A DNA stretch of 64,000 nt, from contig NC_090343.1 in assembly GCF_035084215.1 (NCBI RefSeq), positions 15,314,001 through 15,378,000 of the forward strand. Reading direction: 5' to 3'. Every line of letters begins with the position of its first letter. Positions within the stretch are counted from its first letter, which is position 1. Positions 1-13,100 of the stretch are shown here, piece after piece. The translations under genes were made by a program, and so were the position numbers. Source of the DNA: Heptranchias perlo (taxonomy: Eukaryota). Under the pieces are notes generated by a model that ran no database searches, had not been told where the DNA came from, and saw only the letters and a program-made list of their open reading frames with translations.

Positions 1-1028
1 ACTCCTTTGGCACAGCATGTTGGTATTCTGCTGTGTATATTAATATTCAAAAGCAATCAATCTCCTTTCTCTCCCCAACTCCATTTCCCCGTTTTCCTCA
101 TATTTTGAAAATTACTAAGAAATCTCTTTGCTTTGGAGTTAATACTGATTCTGATGATAAATTATAAACAACAATGTCCTCTAGTGGAAATAAAACACAT
201 ACCCACGATGCAAATAAAACATTTCGGGTCAGATTTTCCCTTCCATTGACTATGAACAGGCGGTTAATTTTTTTTTAGAGAAATATTTGGTAACAGAAAT
301 GATTCCACTGACACGGATCTTCTGGAACAGATGTACTTCAGGGAACTCCCCTTGGTTCAATTATCCCAGAATTTCTGCTATACTGTTGAGGGAAATAAAT
401 GGCACACTGAAGAGTCTTGTAAAGAAACCATATGAGTTTGTTTTATATGAAGTACTCATTTTTTTCTATAGATAAGTCCTTACTATTAGTAGCACTTACC
501 TGTAGTTACCTTCCCTTCTAAAGAGAATTGTACAATGTTGTAAACTTTGAACAATTCTCCACATCAGTATTTCCAACTAACATGCCAGAAGTTGATGAAT
601 TGCCATGTTGAAATTAGGTCAGGCCATTTTTCAGGCGTTAGGTCCCTCATTAGCAAATGCAAAGGGCCTAATGCCTGTTTTAGGACACCTCTGCCAAATT
701 GGGCTGCCCTGACCAAATTGATTCCACATTTATTTTAATACGCTTTTATTTTAGCCAACTGCCATTATACAAGATACTGCATTGGTAACTTTTGTGCATT
801 ATGTCTACTCATTCACAGTAGCAAAAGTGTCAGTTATCAGTCAATTCTGAAGTTGAGTGCATATATACAATGACCTATTCTGTGAGGTATCCTTAGATCA
901 GGTTTGAATATATTCCAAACATAGGCTGTAACTAACTGACTATTTCATACTTGCCATGAAAATGTTCCCTCTCATTTGAATAATTGTATAAACAGATTGA
1001 AACTAATAGCCAATCTTTGTTAATACAG

Positions 1029-1150
1029 GATTAACCTTGCTCCTGAGAATCCCCTATGGGTGGGTGCCTGGTGGATCGGATTCCTTGGAGCTGGAGCAGC
1101 TGCTTTCCTCGTATCCATCCCGATCCTTGGTTACCCCCGACAGCTTCCAG
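1029..1150 (+). CDS. SLCO4A1: SLCO4A1 coding exon (122 nt)
   Basis: tacag|G...CCAG|gtact; [40 protein letters not shown]. Confidence 0.95.
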
Positions 1151-4100
1151 GTACTCGATCCCTGACTATAGCTAGAATTTATCCTGCATAATATTAGTGT
1201 ACTAAAGCTTAATGCATTTCCACAAAATTAATTTGCGGCTATTGTAATGGATGCATTACCCATTTATTTTATTTTAAATAGGTTAACGTCTCCGTTAAAG
1301 TAGCAAAGTAGTTTTACACAAACATATTAAGTGTTGGCTGATATCACACAGGATCACATTGAGGCGCTTATCACAATTCTTTCACTGCGAAAAGCAAGAC
1401 TGATTTTTTTTTCTCATTTTAACTCGGTTGATCAGATATAGTAAGCAGAGATGAGTAGTAAAAGGTGCAAGATAACCCCCTGTCTTGTGTTGCAGGGGAT
1501 GTTACTGTGTTTTCATTACAACAGTAATTTCTCTCCCCTCATGTACCCAGTGGAATGTTACGTTACAACCAATACGCAGAAAAATATGCCCAACATTGTC
1601 TCTATGCAGCCAGCAAGCAAATTTCACACTCAATACTGTGAAGTAGATGGCCTGTGTACCATACTAGTGCATCTACTCCACCAGTATGGATTTACAGCCA
1701 GCTCCAATGGAGAGCCTTTTTATAAGATATGCAGAAACTAGAGAGTTTAAAATAAAGAACTGCTTTTGTTAAATTGTGTCTTTTGTGCTTCAATCTGATT
1801 ATTCTCAGACTTGATGCTGGTCTGTGTACAATTGGTTTCATCTTAATCTAGATGTCTAGAAACCTCCTTGGACCGGGGTTAGTCAGATGATAGGCAAAAG
1901 GAATAATTTGTTAAAGCTGTTTCTAGGAATCCTAAACTTAAAAGCCCTAGGTTTCACTTAAAACACCTCAATAATAGAACTTATTTCGAGAAGACAAAGA
2001 AAATTCAAAAACAAAATATGCTGTCATTGCTTTACGCCTACAGTTTGAACTCAATCTTTCTTTAACATTTACATAAATATTTTGAGTGCAGTTATGCTTA
2101 CATTTTTACATCAATGCAAAGCAGTTTCAGCCGCATATCAGTGCAAAAGTAGCACCTCATGTCCAGTCTCAAGTCCCCATCTGAAGGCTAAGCAGTGCGA
2201 GACCCTCTCAGAAATCCATCTTGCACCACTTGGGCTTGACAGCATGTGGACTGTAACTCTAATGCCATGTGAAACCAGATTACTAAGTGCAAAAGTGGTC
2301 ACTTGGATCTCTTGGACATTTCATAACCCTACTGCAGAGTCTCATAGTGCTTTGAGAAAGTGGAATCTCCCATCCTCAAGATATTTGCTGGCCAGGATCA
2401 CAGTGGTGATATAAGCTCTGACTGCCAGGGGACAGTACAGTTCACAGCTGTAGACAACCTACTGTATGATGGGAATCTTGGTGGCCGCTCTGTAACCGCT
2501 TACCTTAGGACAGATTGTGCAGTATAATTGCACTGTCTCTTTTTATTGTGCATTGTTGAAAATGTGGGCAGTAACAAAAATGTGAAGTTTATTCATAATG
2601 CCTTGTTCCTTTTGCAATATTTGGAGTTAAACTTTTGGAACAGCGACCAATCCCTGTTCCCCAGCCCCCAATAGTGCTTCCACATGACCAGTTTAACTTA
2701 ACTGTCATGGGCACTCATTCATTACAGGATATTGACTCCACTTTGAAGCCTTTGAAAACTAGAGGCCTTTTAAAGTAATTGGTCAAATTCCAAGCATCAG
2801 CTAATGCAGCAAGCACTTATGCCCTGAAATCATGCTGTGAGATACTAACATATGAACGCTTAACACGTTTGTCTGAAGTTTCTCTCTCTGCTAATGTAGT
2901 GGAAACATGAACCAGTTTAAAATAAATGGGCTAATACCTCTGATAATGGAAAGAAATTTCTGCTGAATATGTTAAGCATTCATATCTCACAGCGTAACAG
3001 GGACTTTTGTGCATTGAGCCACAACAAGGTCAGCAGATTATTGTAATGCAACTTTTTGCAGTGGAGTGACTCAGATCTATTGTGCAAAAAGTACAATAGA
3101 GTTGTTTAAGTAGATGTACAATTTTTGCAAACCGGTAAACTTGTCTAAACTGATGGGGATGACTTGTTGAGCCTATGTAGTTTCTACAGGAAAAAAGACA
3201 AGTAGTATAAATACTCATGCTACTTAGAAGTACAAGAGAATGTATCACAATTATTCCTTAGCAGGCGTGCACCTCAAAGTATAGATACCAAAACACAGCA
3301 CTGCCAAACCTGCCCTACTTTGATCATTTCAATATTCGATTGAACAGTTTAAATTGTTGACCAAATTCCTGTTTCAAATTCTTTAAACTGAGTTATTTTG
3401 AAAAGAAAGTAGTGGCATCAGCCTATTGCCATATTGAAAATGGAAACCAGTCTATTGAGGTGATTGTCCTAAGTTTCTATTCTTTCTAACCAAAATAATG
3501 TTGACCATACACTATTAACTTCTTCTTTGCAGATAGTAACAGAGATGCAGCAAGCCCTAATAAAATATACTAACCTTTTCCCTTCCCACCACCAACCTGC
3601 TTCCACTTGGTTCAGAAAGTTAAGTAGCTAAGTTATACAAACCAGAAGGGTTCCAGTTTCATTTTTCAGTTTGTACTAAGTTAGCTAATCTTACCTGGGG
3701 CAGTGTTACTGGTGCAATTGTCTTTATCACTACTGGGCTAGGGAGAGGAAAATTATTAAAGGTTTCTAGTCCTGTCTGCAGTTCAGAGCCTCTTGCTGGA
3801 AGTGCTTGTATGTGACTATCAGGTGAGGACAGGATAATGCCTGTGGTTAAAGGCCTGTTAACACTCACTATCTAGACTCAAAAATGCAAAATTAAAATCA
3901 CCGGCATTCTTCAAGCAAATGATGACCTCAGTGAGCTGCTGAAAGATGCAGCTATAACATTAGCATTAAATTCTATGAAGTATGGTTAGTTGGATAAGGT
4001 ACTGGAGGATTATTAGTGCTTACAAAATTTACTCTAGTAAGAAATCTGTACCTTTAGGAGAGGAGAAGCAGAAGGAATAAAGTTGGCAGAATTAGGAGAT

Positions 4101-7100
4101 GGGGGCAGAAACTGACTTAGAACATAATGTAAATCCCTAAAGGGGATGTTCAGGAATGAATGAGAAATTATTTCAATAAAATGCTGGAAGTATTCTACAT
4201 TTGTACCAATGTGATAGTTACTTCAAGATTTAAGGTCCAAAACTGCTCATTTAAATTCCATATAGCCATTAGAGAACTAGTTAGAGGTTTGCAGATAGTG
4301 CAAACAGCCTGTTTTCCTGTTGCCAGAGGAAGTGGTTAACCAATTTCATAGAAATCAAATTGAAGACATGTCATCTCTTCGGTATTTACATTATTTGCAA
4401 ATTAAAATAAACACAGAACTTTTCTGGGTGTCAGTGTGGCTTTCTGTTTAGATAACTGGGTGAAACATGCTGATCCAATCGCCTGGACCAGTTTATGGAA
4501 ATAAGTTTAAAACTTTAATGCTATGCATTTTTTGACCACAGGGTGTCATCATATCTGTGCTGCAAACTTCAATGCATGCTGTTTGGGGAATGAGTGACCC
4601 AGTATTTGTATATGCTGTGCAACTTCTCTACAGTGAACTGGATTTAAGAAACTCTATAATGAATTAATTCCAATGTACCAATTCTCTTGTCATTTAACGA
4701 GATGGACTAACGCCGAAAATCAATTCCAAGCCATTTAAGATGGCCTTTTTTACTCTTTCTCCCTCAACTCTATTTTTAAATTATTTGCTCATCTCTATTT
4801 GTTTGGATCTCCTTTTACTAAGTACCACTATATAATTGAACAGGAAACCTGCTCCCAGGCCTTGATCCACCCAGGAGTGGGAAGCAATAATACAGCTGTT
4901 TTCAATTCTCTCACTGCTGTGGCAGCACTTGGCCTCCATCTGCTACTTCCTGTAATAACTGAGATCAGGGACAAACTATGTCAGCAACTATGGGTATGAA
5001 TTCATCACCTGCCACTCCTTGGCACAGTAAGTTGAAGCATCAATCTATTGTTACTTTGCCACCACCTTCCCCCATGTATAGTAAACCCTTTGTGCCATTC
5101 TCCATATAGAGTTACATAGAATCTACAGCACAGAAACAGGCCAGTTTGGTCTATGCCAGTGTTTATGCAGCACACGAGCCTCCACCCACCCTTCATGTGC
5201 TTATCTAGCTTCCACTTAAATGCACCTATGCCATAAGGAACAGTAAATGTGTTTCCCTCCAGTTATAAAATGTTTAATCACTGTTTCGATGCTGACGGAA
5301 ACTCTTGATTATCTTTTGCTTAAACCATGCTTTCTACTGTATCCAAATTGAACTATAATCTAGAGGATCAGTTTTTTACTTGTGATGTATGCAGTTATCT
5401 CTAGGCAGGCACACCGCTTAGAGAAGCAAAGGATATGGTCAGGAAATGGTTGAGAACTGCAAGCTTTTTTTCTTTAAATTTTACATTATCTGTTAATTTC
5501 AGGATTACACTTTGCTACACTGATCAAGCTGTCAGTATTTGCTGATTGCCAACCCAGTGCGCAGCAATTTATAAAGCAGCTGCCAACTGTAAATCCTTGA
5601 CTAGTATTGTAGACCATGTAATATACTGGCTGGTACATAGCCATGTACAAAAAATACTTTGCAGTCTTTTGTTGCCACGTTCCTTAAGAGGGTGCATTCA
5701 CCCCTGTGCAAAACAGTTTGGATTCACACTGACCCTACTGCAGTTACAAGGCATATGCAGCCTGTATCCAACATTAAAGACAGACCTGTCACTGGAATGT
5801 AGTTGAGTGAGACACTCTGGAGAAGGAAACCTCAGATTGCTTCATTTTGGAGTCCATTTGGACCTTGACACCCAATTTACACTCCCAAATTTAGCATTGG
5901 TGCAGAGTAATTTTGCACCAATGCTAAACCTGTGAAGTGTGAATGCACCCAAGTCCAATGTCAAGGCACCTCTACTGTACATCACTTGGGATCTGCTGAT
6001 GTTAATGAACTATTAAATCTGTGATATCCCGGTTTAAGACTTCATTCTTCTCTCTCATCCGTCACTAGTAGCACATGAGACAACCCATTTCTTCCACTGC
6101 TTTACATCCAGCAGATCGTGCTCTTGGTTTTTCCATAACAGAACCCTTTTTATGTGGCCAGGACGCTGGCCTCACTTACAAGAGGACCGGCTAGATGCAA
6201 TTGGAGTGGGGGGGTGGTCTCCATTCCACTCCACAGCCAGAACTGCTACCTGCTGGATGCCAGCCCAGTATTCAGAGGCCAAAGCACTGATGGTCTCACC
6301 AGAGTTACGATAGGGGGAAGGCACTCTGCTCCCATCGAACACAAGACCTCCCTGGATGTCAACCCAGTATTCAGAGACCGTAATTCTGATCTCCGTTTGC
6401 CAGCGCTATCTGGAGAGAGGGCTCGAGCCCATAACCATATATATCATATTTTCTTGTCTCAGAAAGCGAACATTATTTTTCCTGGTAATTTGTATTTTTG
6501 ATGTTAGATAGCTATTGTTTTGTGTCCCTGTGCTGTAACATAACTATTAGCCTTAGTAACAAATGTTCAACTCACAAACAAAACCAACTCACCCCAACAC
6601 AATACTTGCAAGTTATGGAAACCAAGGAAGAAGAGTCTTTACAAAATAATGGGAAAATTACATAGGCATGGACCCCCTCACTGTAGTTGGTTACATGCAG
6701 AGCTGCATATACTGATCTTAATCCAAGTTAGAACTCTCAGCATGGTTTTGTTCATCCCTAATCACTGTTCTATAGTAATATACATATTTATAACTCAGTA
6801 GTTGCAAAGCAACAACTAATATATTTTTAAAATAAAAGGTGTATGTATATAAGTGTGTGTAATCCTAATAATTTCCTACAAAATGTAGAATCTTTGTCTG
6901 CTAAGTAGCTGTATATTGTCTTGAAATAACATCATGTTTAAACAGCTTTTCTGTAAACTAGGGTCGCAACGTTATGTGACAATGAGAGTCTCTGAAGCTC
7001 ATCAGCTGAAAGATGGAAGCCACCAGACAGCACTGGAGCCAGAATTTGGGAAGACGATAAAGGACATGCCGAGGTAATGTGCAAGGCAGAATTATAATCG

Positions 7101-10100
7101 TTTCTTTATATCTGTAACCTGCAGTAATCCTTGTTCACAAAAACCTGTGATATCCTTTTTGCAAAGATCCTGCTAACTTGACAAATTGTAAATCACCAAT
7201 TCTAAACCTGTGCCAGTTTATAAGTGGAAATCACCAGCAGTCATTAGACAAAACAGATACTTAGACGGACTGTCACCTTTGCTCTTGTATAGATTTCAAC
7301 TTAGAGCCTGTAAAAGGCCCATGAATAGGATCTATATTTTACCATGTGACGTTTTTTATTTCCTTAATTTTCTCCCTTATCCCTCAGAAAGTGCTAGGGC
7401 CACATTTCCTAAGTGCAGCTCCGTGGCCACAGGAGGGGAGGGTGATGATTCTGCTTCTGCAGTCCTGGTGCCACTAGTGGCACACGTCATGAAATAACAT
7501 ACAGCTAGTCCATAATTCTCGATTCATTAGCCAGGATTATTCCCCCCAGATGCTCTCTGGTGCCTTATCTAGTGGCCATTCTTCATGTGAGTTTAGACAA
7601 GATGGCAGGAGGGAATCACATCTCGTTGCCTCCCGCCATTATAACTTGCCTTGGAGCAGGCCCGGGAGGGCTGCCCACCCGAGGCAGGCGGTGGCCTACT
7701 TTACAGGGGAAAAGTCGCGGCCCAATGATGTCATCGGCGCCACAACACCATTTTTACTCAGCGATTCTGTTGCCTTGACTGCAGACGAGAACCTTCTGGT
7801 CAATATGGCCGAATGTTCCATTAGGCAGTATCTTTACCCACTGGGCCATTTGGTGGAGCTACAAAACTCCATAGTGCAGCATCACAATTTAAGAATGAAG
7901 TGAAATGCTCATAGGATGCTGGATAATGGCAATTCGGAATTGCAGGGTAGGAAAGATGCTTGCAATTACAGAATAACGAACCAGTAGATCTCAGAAGCAC
8001 ATAAACAGGGACCTGTCAGGTTTCAAAAACGTTCATAGTGTCATGGTCATTGTGACCGAAACTGTCACAAGCCACAAAAAAAAATTTTCTCTGGTACAGA
8101 CTGTTCCTCACCCACTACATAACCCTAAAGGTGAAATTTATAACCTAATCAATACGTTAAAAATTCAACTATTAAGTTTAAAAATAGCACACAGCACCGT
8201 AACTACAAATTGGGTTCCAGTGCTTATTCCCTACCTTCCAACCCCTCACAAACTGCATGACACATCCTGTGGGGCCTCTAATTTCACTCTCCCCGCTCCT
8301 AAAAACTCTCAGTCAGCACTTAGCTGGCTGACTGCCTACATTTGGCAGTCCAATGTGTCCGCCTGATGTAAACAAAAAAAAATGTACATCTGCAGAAGAC
8401 TACAATTCTCAAAAGCTGCTGCATAATCAGGGCTGCAGCATATGCACAAAGGAATGCTGCCTTTCTTCCCAAATTGTGCTAGCTCAGTATGGGCAGGAGT
8501 TGTTCTCTGATGAATGAACTCCTAACTTTCATTTCAGCAGCATGAAAGCCTGGTGAAATGGGGCTAGAAGAAAGGGGGAGAATACACAGACATGGTGCAG
8601 AAAGGAAAAGAAAAGCCCATTAGGGACCCTGTTGTGGGGGGATGGACAGAAATAGACACCCATTGGGGTGGTGGAGAAAGCCTGAAAGAGATGCTTTTTA
8701 AAGGAGAGAGGGAGGAATAAAAGATAGATAGATGGAGACCTTTTGAGCAAGAGGTGAGAAGGGAAAGAGCTTGTTGAGCCAGAAGACAGGGACCTTAATG
8801 AGGCAAAGAAGCATTTGTTGTTGTGCTTCGAAACTCGACATTACAAAACAGATTATCTGACTTAACATGAACAACAGTGCAACAACTTGCATTAATATAG
8901 TGCCTTTAACATAGTAAAACTTCCCAAGGCGCTTCACAGGACACGACACCGAGCTACACAGATATTAGGACAGGTGACCAAAAGCTTGGTCAAAGTGGTA
9001 GGTTTTAAGGAGTGTCTTAAAGGAGGAGAGAGAGAGGGGCGGAGAGGTTTAGGGCAGGAATTCCAGAGCTTAGGGCCTAGGCAGCTGAAGGAACAGCCGC
9101 CATTGGTGGAGCGAAGAAAATCGGGGATGCGCAAGAGGCCAGAATTGGAGGAGCATAGAGATCTTAGAGGGTTGTAGGGCTGGAGGAGGTTAGTGATAGG
9201 GAGGGATGAGGAATTTGGAAAGAAGGATGAGAATTTTAAAATCGAGGCGATGCCAGACCAGGAGCCAATGTTAGGTCAGTTAGCACAGGATTGATGGGTG
9301 AACGGGTATAGGCGTTCCACTAGTCCACGTGGATTCTGATGGCAGTAACAACCCATGTGTATCCCATGCACACCCAATTTAACCCTGTGCAAGTAGCACA
9401 CCCACTTTAACCCCCAGAATCCAAATTTGCCTTTAGTTAATACAACACAAACCAATCAAATCCATGGACTGCTATATCATGCATATGGTTTCTAAATACA
9501 ATTTATTGTGTGACTTTGACCAATTGCAGTTTGGTATCAGTTACTCTTTGACTATTATGTCTTTAATAAACTTCTTCCATAAATCACAATGTCTCTCAAA
9601 ACTTTATTTGCCTAAGGCATAGAAAGATGATGTGTCATTTGGGTGCAGGAATGACACTCTAGCACACCGCTAGCGGCCACACTTGACACTACCTCAGCCA
9701 GATTTCAAAAACAACACACAATAACTTGAGGCAAAAGCAAACATCTGTGTGCGCTTACTCTGAAACGTTTCTGAAACATTATTTTGAGCTTTAAACATCC
9801 AGGTTCTTTTTACCAACAGCTGGAATTAAATATTAATCTGTAAAAGTAGAAAAAATGCCAGTATTCTTAAAATTACGAATTTACAACGACAACAGCTTGC
9901 ATTTATATAGTACCTTTAATGTAGGAAAACATCCAAGATACTTCACAGGAACATAATCAGACAAAAATTGATACCAAGCCAAAGAAGGAGCTATTAGGAG
10001 GGGTGACTAAAAGCTTGGTCAAAGAGGTAAGTTTCAAGGAGGGTGTTAAAGGAGGCGGAGAGGTTTAGGGAGGGAATTCTAGAGATTGGGACCGAGGCAG

Positions 10101-13100
10101 CTGAAGGCACAGCTGCCAGTAGTGGGGCAAAGGAAGTGAGGGATGCTCAAGAGGCCAGAGTTGGAGGAACACAGAGTTCTTGGAGCGTCGTAGGGCTGGA
10201 GGAGGTGATGGAAGGATTTGAACAGGAGGATGAGAATTTTAGAATCGAGGCATTGATAGATCGGGAGCCAGTATAGGGCAGCGAGCACAGGATGATGGGT
10301 GAGCGGGACCTGGTGCGGGATGGGCAGCAATGTTTTGGATGAGCTCAAACTTGTGGAGGGTGAAAGATGGGAGGCCATCCAGGAGAGCATTGGAATAGTC
10401 GAGTCTGGAGGTAATAGAAGCGTGGATGAGGGCCAGCAGCAGATGAGCTGAGGCGGGGCAGAGGTTTGCGATGCAATGGAGTTGGAATTAGACGGTCTTT
10501 ATGATGGAGAGGATATGGGGTTGGATGCTTGGCTCAGGGTCAAATAGGATGCCACAGTTGCGAACAGTCTGGTTCAGCCTGAGACACTGGCCAGAGAAGG
10601 AGATGGAATAGGTAGCAAGGGAACGGAATTTGTAGCGGGGGCCGAACACGATGGCTTTGGTTTTCCCAATGTTTAATTGGAGGGAATTGTGCCTCATCCA
10701 AGAAATCTCATCGGGGAATGGAATTCAAAAGTGAGAAAGTGATGTTTTGGTTGTACAGAGCCTTTGATAGATCCCATCTGATATACTACATTCAGTTTTG
10801 GGCACCGAACCTCAGGAAAGATGTCTTGGAGCGGGTACGATGCAGAATTACGGGAATGATACCAGGGCTTAAAGGGTTAAATTATCAAGACAGGCTGCAT
10901 AAACTTGGCTTGTATTCCCTTGAGTTCAGTAGGTTGAGGGGTGATCTTATCGAGGTATTTAAAATGATTAAGGGATTCGATAGAATAGATACAGAGACAC
11001 TGGGCTCGATATTAGCACCCGCTATCGGGTGCATTCCTGGCGGGGGGGGCTCCGAAAATCGGGGAATCCCAGGGCGGGTCGGGTGCCCGGCTCCAACCTG
11101 CCCACTTCCGGGTTCCCCACCGACGCGCTAGCGTGCGCGCGCAGCCACCGCATGTGGGACTCCCGCAGGCAATTAAAGCTGGCGGGGTGCCACTTAACAG
11201 TATTTATTGTGGTATTTCAGATCGTTAACAGATTTTACAAACAACTGGGACTGTTTCCCGTACTGGGGGAAACACTCCCAGTTGAAATGGACGTGTTGCA
11301 GCTATCAGCCTGTGGCAGCTGCAAAGGTCCATTTGACAGGTGCGGGGGGGAGACCCTCACTCATTGCAGGAGGCCACTCTGTCATTTTGGACAAAGTTTG
11401 GCCTCCACCACCCTCCTCCTAACAATCAAATTCACAAACTTGCACACTTACCCCGGGGTCCAGAGACATGTACCTACCTTGCGGACCCCCTCAGATGTAC
11501 ATCTTCCGGATGGGGACCGCCGTAGCTGCAGTCATGACCTCCTCGGAGGTCGAACAGCCTCGCCGGCCACGCCGTCCACCTCTGACACGTGGAGCTCCAC
11601 AACACAGTGCTGTGACACATCCACCTGCACAGCAGGAGGGAGGGCAAAGGCAGAGAGAGATGCGTCGCAGAGGGCACTACCCTCGCCACAGGGTCCACAG
11701 ACCGAGGCTCAGCTTCCTGGACCTCTCTGAGCAGCAGTGCACACGGAGGCTCAGAGTCACTCGACATGTAGTCATGGACATCTGCAGCCTCCTTCATGCC
11801 GAGCTGCCCCCGGCTGGCCCGAGCACCATCTTCTTACCTGTCGCTGTCAAAGTCACCACTGCCCTCAACAACTTCTCCGCATCCTTCCAGAGTGCCACCG
11901 GGGACATCGCCGACGTCTCTCAGTCGTCTGCACAAAAGAGCCCTGCAAATACACCGACACCCACTCTGCAGTGACACAATGGGTGGCATCAGGTGTGGGT
12001 CTTCATTGTGATCCTCAGGAAAGGGCATTATTGCACAAACCAGACAAGATTCGAAAAGATGTGGCAGTAGTGGTGCCAATATAATATGTGATGTGAGTTG
12101 ATCAGAAATTAAATATAAGTAAAAACCATGACAAACCCTCAAACACCCTTGTGCATCCCCTTCATGCTCACGACACGTTTGCCTTACGCTGCCTACTGCA
12201 CATATGCGATGCATGCCCTGTGGCTGCAGCACAGGTAGTGGCAGGTTGAGTGAGGCTGACTGTGAAAGAGATGCATGAGAGGGTGAGTATGAGATAGAGC
12301 CATAAGATTGTATGAGGATTGGGTTGAGTGGTAGTGGCGGGATGAGTACTGGCGAGGTGAGTAAGTGCAGGTAAGATGAGGATGAGGTTTGAGTGGGTGT
12401 GAGGGGTGATGTGACAGAGTAGTGTTGGCAGTGCAGAAGGAGGTGTGGGGTGGGGGCGGTGATGTGGCAGATGGAGTGTAGGGGAATGAGTCAGTGTACT
12501 CACTTTGGCTGACCTACTTAGGTCATTGGAGCGCCTCCTGCACTGTATGCAGGTGCGCGATATGTTGGTGGTGCAGGTGACCTCCTCTGCCACCTCGAGC
12601 CAGGCCTTCTTGGTGGCAGAGGCAGGCCGCTTCCTCCCGCCCGCCGGGGGGAAGATCTCTGTCCTCCCCCTCCTCCTCACCCCATCTAATGATACCTGGA
12701 GTGAGGCATCATTAAACCTGGGAGCAACCTTCCCCCTGGGCTGCTCCATGCTGTAATTTTTCCTATTTCTTGCAGCATCTGTCAGTGGAGGACTGCCCCT
12801 TTAAATAGAGCTCCTCCAGCTGACAGACCTTACTGCGCATGCGCAGCCCGCCCGACGCGCAGATCAGCAGTGGTGAACCCGGAAGAACAGGTAAGTGGAT
12901 CCAATTAGGCTGCGATCGCGCACGGGGCAGACTGATTTCACCGGGCGCGTTACCCACGTGCCCAATAGACCCCCCGCCGCCGACCCGCAGCCCTGGTAAT
13001 ATCGAGCCTACTATTTCCTCTGGTGGGGGAATCCAGAACAAGAGGACATAATTTTAAAATTAGAGCTAGACCATTTAGGAGTGAAATCAGGAAGCACTTT

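Larger units (their letters stand above)
11002..13009. mobile_element. Non-autonomous PIF/Harbinger DNA transposon (internal-deletion derivative, 2008 bp)
   Basis: TIRs gggctcgatatta / taatatcgagcct; 3-bp TSD ACT (10999-11001, 13010-13012). Carries the 5' part of the transposase (+) and Myb/SANT exon 1 (-), arranged convergently. Confidence 0.93.

Noticed and set aside
6240-6280. TPP riboswitch or hammerhead identity for the repeated module
   Set aside because: acctg-ctggat-gccagc only superficially resembles TPP P4/P5, with no CUGAGA. The minus-strand ctgaata lacks CUGANGA and a downstream GAAA.
7540-7860. GC-rich patch as an exon or CpG promoter
   Set aside because: There is no frame or splice fit with SLCO4A1, whose flanking exons join in phase without it. 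It is probably a MITE remnant, but I could not define TIRs.
11029-12232. Multiple overlapping ORFs in the Harbinger copies (also 54420-55504 and 56143-60296) as extra genes
   Set aside because: These are alternative-frame and antisense ORFs expected in GC-rich DNA, with no recognisable domains.
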